DNA from: Isurus oxyrinchus
Lineage: Eukaryota
DNA: 64,000 bases
Assembly: GCA_026770705.1 (NCBI GenBank)
Contig: JANJGN010000026.1
Coordinates: 39,928,001 to 39,992,000, forward strand
Direction of reading: 5' to 3'
How positions within the stretch are numbered: the stretch's first letter is position 1; every line of letters starts with the position of its first letter. Under the pieces are notes generated by a model. That model did not search any database, was not told the DNA's origin, and was given only the letters and a program-made list of their open reading frames with translations. A program made the position numbers and the translations under genes. Below, in pieces: positions 39,867 to 51,221 of the stretch.

Positions 39867-39939
39867 ATTGGCATAGCCCAGTGGTTAAAATACTGATTTC
39901 ACAAACCAGGTGCTGTGAGTTCGGTCCTTGCTGGTGCCT
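39867..39939 (+). pseudogene. tRNA-Thr pseudogene
   Basis: CATAGCCCAGTGGTTAAAATACTGATTTCACAAACCAGG..GAGTTCGGTCCTTGCTGGTGCCT aligns to tRNA-Thr(TGT). Confidence 0.7.
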
Positions 39940-40039
39940 GTAGTCAAAGTTTAGCTGATGAAAGTGGTGGAAATGTTAGCTGTGGGGAAGGTACAGGGGA
40001 GAATGTAGGCTGAAAAGAGATTTAGGACAGATCTGGGCA

Positions 40040-40750
40040 ACAAGCATGGAACATGGAGTATAGCTTCGGGATGTGCGAAGGTTATGTGATTCAGAAGGTT
40101 CAAAAGAAATATTTAGGTAAAGCAAGTAATTAGGAAAGCTAATAGAATGTCATCATTTAATATGAGGGGATTTGAGATAAGAAGATTATGCTTCAGTTGT
40201 ACAGGACACTGGTGAGACCATATCTGGAGTATTGCGTAGATTATTGGCCTCCTTATTTAAGGAAAGGTGTAGATGCATTAGAAGCAGTTCAGAGAAGGTT
40301 TACTAAACTAATACCAAGAATAGTCAGGTTGTCTTATGAGGAAAGGCTGGACAGGCTAGGCTTGTATCTGCTGGAGTTTAGAAGGCTAAGAAGCAACTTG
40401 ACCGAAATCTTTCAGATCCTAAGGGGCCTTGACAGGATCAATGTGGAAAGGATGTTTTCTCTTGTGGGATAATATAGAACTAGAGGTCACTGTTTAAAAA
40501 TAAGGGATCCTTCATTGAAGACAGAGATGAGAGAATTTTTTTTCTCTCAGAGGGTCGTGAGTCTTTGGAACTCTCTTCCTCAAAAGGCAGTGGAAGCAGA
40601 GTCTTTGAAGGTTTTTAAGGCAGAGCTAGATAGATTATTGATCAACAAGGGGGTGAAAAGTTATTGGGAGCTTACAATCAGATCAGGCATGAACTTATTG
40701 AATGGCGGAAAGCAGGCTTGAATGGTCGAGTGGCCTACTCCTAGTTCATA
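40040..40750 (+). mobile_element. CR1 LINE 3' end
   Basis: LVRPYLEYC, EAVQRRFTKLIP, EMREFFFSQRVVSLWNSLP. Confidence 0.85.
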
Positions 40751-40883
40751 TCTTCACATATTCTTTGAATCCAGGCTGCTTTCAGTGCCTGTATGCCACA
40801 AAGTCAAGGATGATTGACATTTTCACTGAGGAACATGTAAACAGACAGTGGATTCATTCAGTGCGATGGTATGTTCCTGTTAG

Positions 40884-41842
40884 ATAATGATCTAGATGAA
40901 GGAACTGAGGGCATCCTGGCTAAGTTTGCAGATGATACAAAGATAGGTGGAGGCACAGGTAGTATTGAGGAGGTGGGGAGGCTGCAGAAGGATTTAGACA
41001 GGTTAGGAGAATTGGCAAAGAAGTGGCAGATGGAATACAACGTGTGAGGTCATGCACTTTGGTAGGAAGAATAGAGGCATAGACTATGTTTTAAATGGGG
41101 AGAGAATTCAGAAATCTGGAATGCAAACGGGCTTGGGAGTTCTAGTCTAGGATTCTCTTAAGGATAACTTGCAGGTTGAGTCAGTAGTTAGGAAGGCAAA
41201 TGCAATGTTGGCATTCATTTCAAGAAGACTAGAATATAAAAGCAGGGATGTGCTGCTGAGGCTTTATAAGGCTCTGGTCAGACCACATTTAGAATATTGT
41301 GAGCAATTTTGGGCCTCATATCTCAAGAAGGATGTGCTGGGCCTGGAGAAGGTCCAGAGGAGGTTCACGGGAATGATCCCAGATATGAAAGGCTTAACAT
41401 ATGAGGAACGTTTGAGGACTCTGGATCCAAACTCGATGGAGTTTAGAAGGATGAGGGGGGATCTGATTGAACCTTACAGAATACTGAAAGGCCTGGATAG
41501 AGTGGACGTGGGGAAGATGTTTCCATTAGTAGGAGAGACTCGGACCCGAGGGCACAGCCTCAGAGTAAAGGGAAGACTTTTTAGAACAGAGATGAGGAGA
41601 AACTTCTTTAGCCAGAGAGTGGTGAATCTATGGAATTCATTGCCACAGAAGGCTGTGGAGGCCAGGACATTGAGTGTATTTAAGACTGAGATAGGTAGGT
41701 TCTTGATTGGTAAGGGGATCAAAGGTTACAGGGAGAAGGCGGGAGAATGGGGTTGAGAAACTTATCAACCATGATTGAATGGCAGAGCAGACTCGTTGGG
41801 CCGAATGGCCTAATTTCTGCTCCTATGTCTTATGGTCTTATG
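40884..41842 (+). mobile_element. CR1 LINE 3' end, relatively young
   Basis: KFADDTK, 195-aa open RT C-terminus, (CTTATG)n tail. Confidence 0.9.
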
Positions 41843-42099
41843 AAAATGTGCAATCATAGAATCAATTTCCATTTGTTGCTTTGAACCCAATATTTCTAAT
41901 GGGTTGGATGTTATGCATATGTTTGATCTAATTTAACTTATTTTCTTGGAAATAAACATTCGTAAAACTATTTGTCTGGGAAGGTACTTGGGATAACAGC
42001 AGGACTGGCAACGTTTGGACAATATTTCCTCGTAGCCAAAGGACACAGCGCAGAACTACGTCAGTAATATACGTAGAAGCAGGAATAGAGAGAACCTAC

Positions 42100-42174
42100 T
42101 GGCCCTAGATGGTATCAAACCATCAATGTTTGGGTTGACAGCTGCATTCGTGAAACAAGATGTTACACAAATAC
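42100..42174 (-). pseudogene. tRNA-Asn pseudogene (strongly decayed)
   Basis: Minus strand GCAGCTGTCAACCCAAACATTGATGGTTTGATACCATCTAGGG aligns to tRNA-Asn. Confidence 0.5.
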
Positions 42175-42232
42175 CCTGGTGACCTAGTGGTTAGGATTCG
42201 GGGCTTTCATCGCCCAGGTTTGATCCCCGCTC
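42173..42232 (+). pseudogene. tRNA-Glu(TTC) pseudogene
   Basis: CCCTGGTGACCTAGTGGTTAGGATTCGGGGCTTTCATCG-CCCAGGTTTGATCCCCG. Confidence 0.75.
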
Positions 42233-42289
42233 TCACTGTTGTGCAACAATATCACAACCAGAAATCAATTACTGATTTGAAAAAGTTAC

Positions 42290-43155
42290 CCCCAAAACCT
42301 TAACCCCTTCCCATGGCACCTTCCTATACAATCGCAGGAGGTGCAACACCTGCCCCTTTATCTCCTCCCTTCTCACCGTCCAAGGCCCCAAACACTCCTT
42401 CCAGGTGAAGCAGAGATTTATTTGCACTTCTTACAATTCAGGCTGTTGTATTCACTGCTCACAATGTGGTCTCATCTACACTAGGGAGAGTAAGCACAGA
42501 CTGACTGCCCGTTTTGCCAAACACCTTCACAGCCCACAAGCTTGACCCAGGCCTGCCTGTCACCATCTTGCTCTCACACTCACATTTCTGTCCTCGGCCT
42601 TCTACAATGTTCTAGTGAAGCTCAACGCAAATGAGGAACAGCACCTCATCTTCTCATTAGGCACTCTACAGCCTTCTGGATGCAACATTGAGGTCAACAA
42701 GTTCACATTATGAACTCTGCCCTCCATTTTAATTTCCCTGCAGCTCCCAATCCCCCAAGAGCCAGTCTGCATCTTTTTCTCATGTTTTGCTTTCAGACAG
42801 CCCTGACCCTTTTCCTGCTATTAACACATTCTGCTATTTTGCTTCCAGTCAGCGCTGACCTTTGTTTACATATTAACACATGCTTTAGTCTTTAATGATG
42901 TCATAAACATTTCCTTTGACTTGTGTTCCATGACATTTTTGTCATTGAATCCCTCCTGACCTCCAACCTATCCCTGACCTTCTATTTTGTTCCATCTGCT
43001 CCACCCACCCTGGGCAACAGCATAAAACCCATCACATTTCTACCTCCCTTCAGTTCTGAAGACATCATATTGTCTGGAAACGTTAACTCTGTTTCTGTCT
43101 CTACAGATGCTGCCAGGCCTGTTGTGAACTTCAGCGCCCCCTGTTTTTATTAGAG
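42290..43155 (+). mobile_element. Penelope-like element 3' end (GIY-YIG + terminal repeat with hammerhead remnant at 43052-43088)
   Basis: CNRRRCNTCP, FQVKQRF.CTS, CIHCSQCGLIY, EEQHLIFSLGTLQP; AGTT-CTGAAGA...GAAACGT-T-AACT. Confidence 0.75.
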
Positions 43156-43589
43156 CACCAATTCCTGGCTTTATTAAAACATGAAATGTATAGCAAGTCG
43201 GCCATAATCAGCGGAACGAGAAACAGAGTTAAAGCTCCACGTGGGTATTAAATAGAACTGAAAATGTCTGAGTTGGAGATTAGGAATTTAAAAATGTGAC
43301 ATGAAAGTGGGAGAATTTTATGTTGGTCAATTATTTTCCGTCATGAATATCTGCCGTGTGCTGCCTTAAAAGGTTTGCAGGAACCGCAGTGATTTGATTG
43401 GTGGGTTTTGGAAATTGAATTTTGCATTGCACAGCTTTTGGTACTATTTCGCCAACCTGTCAATTTCATGTTCTAGCCAATGGCAATGGTTGTTTCAATT
43501 GGCTGAATAGGTCATTTTGCCACTGGAGAAACTGGTTTAAAGTGAAAAAAAATGGCAAAAGTATTGTTTATGAAACTGCAGGGGTAACC

Positions 43590-43661
43590 TCCCTGCTGGC
43601 CTCAAAGCTAGGGTTCGGAACTTCCACTGCCACGGCTCGCGTTCAATTTCTGGTTGATTAA
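43590..43661 (+). pseudogene. tRNA-Glu pseudogene
   Basis: TCCCTGCTGGCCT..GCTAGGGTTCGG..CACTGCCACGGCTCGCGTTCAATTTCTGGT. Confidence 0.6.
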
Positions 43662-43677
43662 AGCACAGTGATAAACG

Positions 43678-43736
43678 CCCCTGGTGTCCGAGTGGACAGG
43701 ATTCAGCACATTGACTGCCGCAGCCTTGTGTGGGAA
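43678..43736 (+). pseudogene. tRNA-Glu pseudogene (T-arm deleted)
   Basis: CCCCTGGTGTCCGAGTGGACAGGATTCAGCAC..CTGCCGCAGCC..TGTGGGAA. Confidence 0.55.
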
Positions 43737-43850
43737 TGAGGGTTCTTTGCTCATGTTGCTTAAACAGGAAGTTTATATTATTGGTAAAAAAACTGAAAAC
43801 GCAGTGGCGAATCAGTGGAGTGAGAGTTGAAGTTGCACATCAGAGCTGGT

Positions 43851-44040
43851 ATCAGAGGGAATGGAGCAGGGAGAGAGGATCCCTGGGGTGATGTTCAGTG
43901 AGTTCAGGAGGATAGTATCAGCTGGAATGGAGCAGGGAGAGAGGATCCCTGGGGTGATGTTCAGTGAGTTCAGGAGGATGATATCAGAGAGAATGGAGCA
44001 GTGAGAGAGGATCCCTGTGGTGTTGTTGAGTGAGGTCAGT
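43851..44040 (+). repeat. 66-bp tandem repeat, ~3 copies
   Basis: Unit ATCAG..GAATGGAGCAGGGAGAGAGGATCCCTGGGGTGATGTTCAGTGAGTTCAGGAGGAT starting at 43851, 43917 and 43983. Confidence 0.9.
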
Positions 44041-44239
44041 TGTTTGTTGCATCAGGCAGGCCGCAGGTTCTGAGAATTTCCACGATTTCTACTCACTGGT
44101 GATCCTGATAAACCCCAAACTGTGGTAATAATTTGCAGGATTACTGTTCGATAACATGTCTTTGTCAGATCGGCCCCAGCTTCTGGGAGTCATCCTTGGG
44201 TTTGTGTCAGCTGTTCCTTCTGTCTTAAATGTGTACTTT

Positions 44240-44700
44240 TTGTTATTCATTTATGCGATGTGGGCGTGGCTGTCTGGGCCAGCATTTATTGCACATCCCT
44301 AATTGCCTTGAGAAGATGGACTGTGACGTCTCTGCCTTGTGAGTGTTTAATTGGACAAGGTAGAGAGAGTCCAGGCGAATGCTCTGGCGGTACGGGTTCA
44401 AATCCCAACATGGCAGCTGCTGGGATTTGAATTCAGTTCATAAAATCTGGGATTGAAAACTGGCCTCAGTAATGGTGACCATGGCAACTATCACTGATTG
44501 TCGTAAAAACCAATCTGCTGCACTAATATCCTTTAGTGAAGGAAATCTGCTATCTTTATCTGGCCTGGCCGACATGAGATTCCAGGTCCACAGCAATGTG
44601 ACTTAACTGCCCTCTGAATTGGCCTCGGAAGCCGGGCTGTTCGGGGCGACCTTGCCAGCGACACCCACATCTCATGAAAGGATAAAGAGGAAAAAAACTT
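44240..44700. mobile_element. SINE pieces (inverted tail plus sense copy)
   Basis: GGGTTCAAATCCC B-box at ~44394; body shared with 16.0, 16.5 and 21.1 kb copies. Confidence 0.6.
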
Positions 44701-45234
44701 TTACTCCCTACCTTACCCCTGCTAAACGGACCCTGGGAGTGTTTAACGGGACAGTGTAAAGGAAACTTTAGTCCTCCATATGCTGTCCTGTATGGGCCTC
44801 TGATGAAGCAGACCCCTGCTGTTTACTATTACCTGATGTGACTATGAGAGGCCTGAGTATGAGTGAAATCACCGAGGCTCTCCTCGCTGTGCAATCATTC
44901 TGCCTCTGGGGTTTGGCATAAAAACGCAGAGGTAAAGGTGTATTAACACCGACGGGTCGCTGGGTGGGCGCTCTGACTCTTTCACTGAAGGACCTTGGGC
45001 TCTGAAGAAGAGTCATGAGGACTCGAAACGTTCTGTTTTTTTGGCTCCACAGATGCTGTGAGACCTGCTGAGTTTTTCCAGCATTTGCTGTTTTTGTTTC
45101 ACATCCCAGACAGCACTGAATAAAAACACCTGCCTGGGAAAGGGGGGGAAAACAGTGTAATAGGGAAAATGGAGCGGTGTCGGTGGGCCTGAGAGAAAGG
45201 AGTTCAGCAAAGTCAGTTCGTTTCACATTCATGA

Positions 45235-45276
45235 TTTATTAACAATTTCAGAGAACATTTTACAGAAAAGTTTATT
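45235..45276 (-). terminator. Poly(A) signals for membrane IgM mRNA
   Basis: AATAAA on minus strand at 45271-45276 and 45235-45240, downstream of TM2. Confidence 0.5.
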
Positions 45277-45688
45277 TTAAAGTTAACTGAAGTGAATATA
45301 ATGACTGAGAGTCACTTTGAGAACAGAGCACATTCGCTCTGAGCTGCCAACTGTGTGTACAACTGTAACAGAGACCTGAAAGAGAAAACAGGAACTCAAC
45401 ATAAAGGGAAGGGAATAGTTGAATTAGGAATCAGAAACGTTACTTATTTACACAGGGAATTCAAACTACTGGGAAATTATAAGCTGCTATTGCAATACAA
45501 TCATAATTATCTCGCACATTTGAAACAGAGAAACGGAAATACCATTCATAATTGTCTCAGTTACAAATTCAGAAACAAACTGAAGGTATTTCATTTTTAC
45601 AGTCACCGAGAGGACATATTTTAAATTCGGAATACAGAGATCTCAATAAAGAGCTGAGGAAAATCTACGATGTCTAAAATTCAACCGG

Positions 45689-45697
45689 TCACTTGAT
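45689..45697 (-). CDS. IGHM: IgM TM2 exon (I-K-stop)
   Basis: ctcttttacag|ATC AAG TGA; gives cytoplasmic tail KIK. Confidence 0.85.
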   Translation of the reverse strand: MK

Positions 45698-45835
45698 CTG
45701 TAAAAGAGGATGAAATAATGAAGCAGATGTTTATAATCTGGGACATTTATGTTAGAGTTTTAATCAATGAAACATTGAGAAATTTTTCAAACCGCTTCTG
45801 TCACTTTGAAGTGTGAGTGGATTGAATCTTCTCAC

Positions 45836-45963
45836 CTTCGCCAGAGTGACGGCAGTGCTGTAGAAAATGCTCAGGAAGAACAGGATGATGAATGTGGAAG
45901 CGGTTGTCCAGATGTTGCCGTTATCATCCTCAGAGTCTTCAATCCAGATGCGGTCTGTGGAAT
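45836..45963 (-). CDS. IGHM: IgM TM1 exon
   Basis: (D)STDRIWIEDSEDDNGNIWTTASTFIILFFLSIFYSTAVTLAK, CART motif; ag/gtgag boundaries; phase fits the Cmu4 internal donor. Confidence 0.95.
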
Positions 45964-46499
45964 CTACGGGGATATAGCCGAGGAGATATAATTAGATTGT
46001 TTATTAATCTAGGATATCATTTTTAAACATTTCCTTTACTCTTTCCTAAGTTATTAATGTATTCAATGTTCAATGTATATCTCCTATTAAGTTCGTGACA
46101 CTCAGTAACCCATCTCTGTAACTATCTCCACAGCTGTCCTTCCTTTACAACGTTTGTACAGCCCGTATCAGAAAATATGGCAAACTTTCCCCAGTATCAG
46201 TTTATTTTCGAACAATTTCGTACAATCTATTATTGGAGAATATTATGATGGATATCGAGAGAGATTCACCGAGCTACTTATTTGGAAACTGTGAACGTTG
46301 CTTTTTAAAAGCTCGGGTGTGATTTCCCATCTTGTTTGTCTATTTGTGATGGGAATGTTTGGTGCGTCATTAACTTAAATCAGTTTCTCAGTAAGAACAT
46401 TGTTTCAGTGTGTTTATCGGGTTATTATGTAATAGAGACAATTGCCGGAGGATATGCCGTTAAAAAAGTACATCTGAATTATTCTTTCTTCAATAGCCT

Positions 46500-47600
46500 G
46501 GCGTTTGTGTTGTGCTTTAGCTTTTGTGTATGTCTGCATGAGTATCCCGCGCTTTGCATTACTGTTTGTTTGTGTGTCCATATGTGTACATGTGTGTTAA
46601 TGTGTGTGTTCATGTGCCAATGAGTGCTGATTTGTGTATTTTTGTGTCTGTGTCTGTACGTATATTTGGTTTTTCTGCCAATGTGGATGTATGAGTATGT
46701 TATTGTGTGTGTTTATGTCTTGATGTCTATATTTACTATCTGTGTCATTGTGTGTTTACCTGTTTAAAGTGTGCCTGCAAATATGAGTGTTAATGTTTCT
46801 TTTTGTGTTCCACGTGTCTGTCAGCATATTAATGTCTGTGTCACAGCATCTGTGTGATTGTGTGACACAGCGAGAGAGAGAGAGAGGGAGTTTTTAATAT
46901 GTGCATTTGTGTGTTGATCGATATTTAGAACTATGTATCAATGTGTGTATATGTTTTCATATGTACTAACGTGTGTTTTTTGTTTTCTACTGTGTATGAG
47001 TATATTCATGTTTGTGTCTATATGTGTGCCTGTGAATGTATTCGTCTGTTCCTCTATGTTTTTGTGTCTGGGTGTCGTCTGCTCATATGTGTGCATGTGT
47101 TAATGTATGTCCATGTATTTGTTTTAATGCATACGATAGTGTGTGTCTTTATGTCTGTATTTATGTCATTGTGAACGTGTAATAATGCATATGTTAATAG
47201 TTACGTTTGTGCTTTGTGTCCTTGTATGAATCTGCTTGTCTGGTTTTATCTATTTGTGTGTGTGTGATTGTGTATATGTGTGTGAGCGAGTGTCTCTGTG
47301 TGTGTATTTCTGCATGTGTGTGATTGTGTGCATGTATTTGTTTATGTGTGCAAGTGTGTGTACGTGTGTGTCTGTGTATGTGCATCTGTGTTTGTGATTG
47401 TGTGTGCATGTGTGCGTGTGTGTGTGCATGTGTGTGTGTATTTGTCTATGTGTGTCTGCCTGTGTCTGCCTGTGTTTGTGTGGGTGCGCATGTGTGGGTG
47501 TAAATGTGTCTGCCTGTACCTGTGTGTGTTTGTGTCTGCGTGTCTGTGCCTATGTGCGTGTGTACGCATGTTTGTGTCTGTCCATTTGTGTCAGCTGTGT
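46500..47600. repeat. Degenerate (TG)n low-complexity tract in the Cmu4-TM1 intron
   Basis: TGTGTG/TGTA/TGCA-rich tract. Confidence 0.9.
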
Positions 47601-48829
47601 GTACTTTTACTATTTTCCTGAATTTCACCAGTACCAATGATCGAGTCTGACCTTGATGGTGAAAGTTTTGGTGAATAGTTTCAATGTTCTGTGTATAAAC
47701 GTGTTTTTTGTGAGATGCAAGGTGATATCAGGTGAACGAATGCAAACAATCAACCATGTGCCTCATAAAATTCAGGGACAGAACCTTGAACAACTCAGGG
47801 AGGATTCAATCACCATTTTAGATTCAGATTATGGGAAACCAATCTTAGCATAAGCTTAACAGGAACAAGGGTGTTAAAAGATCTTCAAATTTATGTTGCA
47901 TAAATAGATGTTTTTACAACATCCTAAGCATGATGGGAGTTTAAAATCTGTGGCCAGTAAGCTGGAAGCGGACTTGGACTGTTGGTAACTGAGTCCTGAC
48001 AGTAGAGACCCGTTCCTTTCCAGATTCTCTGCTTGTTGAGGGTCCAGTGAGCTAATAGTTTTGCTCTGTCTGGTTGTCTAAGCAATTTCCCTTTTGGTTC
48101 TCTCTGCTGAGAAGGTGGTGACACACCGGGTTAATCAATGACCTTTCTCGTCTTTCTGTTTAGCAAGTGGAGGTAAAATTGGCTTAAAATTTTCCTTTCA
48201 GTTTTCTCTGTTGGGGATGTGGAGGTACAGTGGGTTACCAATTTCCCTTTCCCTCTCTCTGTTGGGAAAGTGGGGTAAAGTGGCTAAACAATTCGCCCCC
48301 CCCCCCCCCCCCACCCACTGTTGTGGAAGTGGAGGTGCAGTGGGTTAACAAGGTCCCCTTCCCCCCTCTCTCTTTTGGGGAAGAGGGGGTACAGTTGGTT
48401 AATAATTTCCCTTCCCTCTCTCCCTGATGGGGGATTGTTGGGACATGTTTCTGTGTGAATCCACTTCAGTTCCCAGTGGGTGTGGTGCAGCAGCTTAAAG
48501 GTGACATCCATTTTAAAGGAATGGACGACAAGAGAAGCAGGAACACCCAGATCTAAATGTGCTGTGTTTGTTTGTCTGAAATGGGAATTGTCAGATTTCA
48601 CCTCAGTGGGAGGGAAGTTGGTGAAGTTATTTTGCAGAATCCCGTAATGAATGAGCTTTACTCTGTCTCTAACCCAGGGTGTATCTGAGCTGGGAGCACT
48701 GGGTATACAAGACTTGGGTGTGAGCCCTGTAAATATCCGATTTTAACTAAACAGGTCTAACATCAGCAAAAGTAGAAAACAACGTTGATTAAACGATTGT
48801 GTATTTAAATCACGATTAGAGAAAAGGAC

Positions 48830-48845
48830 TTTATTTTTTTTTATT
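48830..48845 (-). terminator. Secretory IgM poly(A) signals
   Basis: Two AATAAA on the minus strand (48840-48845, 48830-48835) 28-43 nt past the stop. Confidence 0.75.
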
Positions 48846-48872
48846 GATGTTTGAAATGTAACCGATGGATTC

Positions 48873-49264
48873 TCATTGACATGAATTAACGGTGTCCATC
48901 AGTGCAAGGGAAATGTTCACGAAACTCGGTTTACCGCTGGATTTATCAACCGTTCTGTTGATGATCTTCAAGGGGATCGCTTCATGTCCCACCACACAGG
49001 AGTAAGAAGCGCCGCTGGCCCACTCCTCCGCTGCAATGGATAACAGGCTGTACATGAAGAAGGAGCGATTGCCGTTCTCTGCCACTACCTCGGTGTTCTT
49101 GTAGTTTCCGGGATTCACCGGCTTGTCATTGACGGTCCACTTGACGAAAATCTCTCGCGGGGAGAAACCTCTCACTAAGCAGCTGAGGGAGACGAACCTC
49201 TGAGCGGAGACATCTTCTGCTGAGGGCAGGAGGACAGACACGGACGGTTCCCGCGGGTCTTTAA
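48873..49264 (-). CDS. IGHM: IgM Cmu4 exon plus secretory tailpiece (internal donor after 48935 for the membrane form)
   Basis: (V)[42 protein letters not shown]|[20 protein letters not shown]; tail sequon and penultimate Cys; AGCG|GTAAA donor. Confidence 0.97.
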
Positions 49265-49369
49265 CTGCAGAAAATGTACAATAAACGTCAATAAACTGGA
49301 TACTTTCGTAGACAATGAAACCGCTGGTTAGATGTGAGAGAAACGTGTTTTGTGATGAATATTAAGGTT

Positions 49370-49590
49370 TTTCATTATCCACTTCTTGGAAATATATCAC
49401 CGATCCTTCACTATAGCTGAATCAAAATCCTGGAACTCCCTCCCTAACAGCACTGTGGGTGTATCTACACCACATGGACTGCAGCGGTTCAAGAAGGCAG
49501 CTCACCAACACCTTGTCAAGGGCAGTTAGGGATGGGCAATAACTCTGCCCAGCCAGCAACGCCCACTTCCCATGAATTAGTAAATAAAAT
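49370..49590 (+). mobile_element. SINE/LINE 3' tail fragment in the Cmu3-Cmu4 intron
   Basis: CAGCGGTTCAAGAAGGCAGCTCACC..GGGCAGTTAGGGATGGGCAATAA shared tail. Confidence 0.6.
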
Positions 49591-49977
49591 ACTTTGGGAT
49601 CTGTCCGGCTTTCCAGCTTGGAGCAGAGGTGGCACAATCCTTTTCCCTGAGAACCTATGGGGTTGGACCAGAAAGTTTCTCAAAGTTTACAGCATAGAAA
49701 CAGGCCATTCTGCCCAACTGGTCCATGTTGGTGTTTCAGCTTCGCACCAGGCTCCTCCCATCTTGCTTCATCTAAACCCAATGGCACAGCCTTCAATTCA
49801 TTGTTCATTCATCTACTTATCAATTTCCCCCTGAAAGTCCACAGGCCCAGACCTTTTAGTTGACGAAATTGCTAATCAGAGTAGACCATGAATACACTGA
49901 ATAGTAAATATTGATCCTGACACTTACACTGGAAATAGACACGTTGAACTACTTATTGCTTCAATCTCACCGCTCAC

Positions 49978-50289
49978 CTGATTCCTTGTGGATGGAACTT
50001 CTTAAAGGAGTCGGCAGATCCTGATGGCTCACCACACAGTTGAACTCAGCCCCACTCAGCCAGGCTTGTGTCGAGATGTTTACGTTGCTGACCACGCTGT
50101 TGGGATCCTCTCCCGGTTGGACGGCGATCTCTGATTTCAAAGGCTTCTTTTCTTGTGTCCAGCTCACGAGGACTCCATAAGGAGCATTGGATACGATGCA
50201 GGTTAAGGTCACGGTTGCCTCCAGTAAGACCTGTTCTATTGGAGGTGGCAGTAGAGTAATTGTGGGATCGTTGGGGCAGTGGTCATCAC
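49978..50289 (-). CDS. IGHM: IgM Cmu3 exon
   Basis: (G)[38 protein letters not shown]; 312 nt, phase 1-1. Confidence 0.95.
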
Positions 50290-50912
50290 CTGTGAGACAG
50301 AAATGAAAATCAATCAAACTTTCACCTTCAGAATCAGCACAGTAGTATTCAGCCTTCACTCCCTAAAGGAGAATAAATCACCTTGGACATATCAACCTCT
50401 AACTATCGTCTTTAATCTTCTTTACACAATGGAAAACCAGCTTGGTCTGTGTAAATCATTCCCATAATTTAAGTCCTTCAGCCCCGGTAACATTCTCATG
50501 AATCTGCGTTGCCCCAATCCCAATACAAATGTATCATTCCTGGGCCCTGGAATGCAGGACTGAAAGCTGTTTTATAAATAGGGTGGGTGCACTTTCCAAC
50601 ACTCCATCCTGAAGCTGTTACCAGTGAAGGGTTCCAGGCACCTTCTGCCTCTCCAAATATGATCAGCTGTCTCAGGGTAAAGTTGATATCAAGTCCATCT
50701 CACTCACTCTATGACGTCAATGTAGAGACGTGATGTGATAAAATCCTGAATGGTGAACAATCTGAATGTAGCACTTACATTGGAATTAAATAACAACTAC
50801 ATGAGAATAAATAAGAAATTCTTCTGCGCTTGTACTAACTCCAATAAATTCCTGATTTGACTAACATCAGAGAGCAGAATGATCTATTCCTTCCTCGGTT
50901 TGTATTTCTTAC

Positions 50913-51221
50913 CATCACACTTGGTGGCATCTCGACTTTGGGTGACCCCTTGGTGAGTGACCTGACAGGTATAGACCGAGTTACTGAACCATTCCCCAGT
51001 GGAGACTTTCAGCAAACTGGTCGCCGAGAAGTTCCCATTCACTTCAAAGATGGGAGAGGTGACAATTCCTGAATCCATGGGTTGTCCATTCTTCAGCCAC
51101 TTCACAGTGATTGACTTTGAACGGAGATCGATGATTGAACAGACGGCGGTTGCAAATTTGTTGGTTGTGATTTCTTCCCGGGAACTCACGGTGAGGAGAA
51201 CAGTTGGAGGTAAGTCAGGAC
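50913..51221 (-). CDS. IGHM: IgM Cmu2 exon
   Basis: (C)[35 protein letters not shown]; 309 nt, phase 1-1. Confidence 0.95.

Noticed and set aside
43851-44040. Regularly spaced repeats suggestive of a CRISPR array
   Set aside because: Contiguous 66-bp tandem units with no unique spacers, in vertebrate DNA
46941-47640. Cys/Val- and His/Thr-rich ORFs
   Set aside because: Translations of the (TG)n tract
49921-49945. ttccag|T|gtaagt splice-like signals in the Cmu3-Cmu4 intron
   Set aside because: Would define a 1-nt exon and break the frame; Cmu3 already splices in phase to Cmu4
50712-50719. TGACGTCA CRE palindrome in the Cmu2-Cmu3 intron
   Set aside because: A single 8-mer is expected by chance in 64 kb
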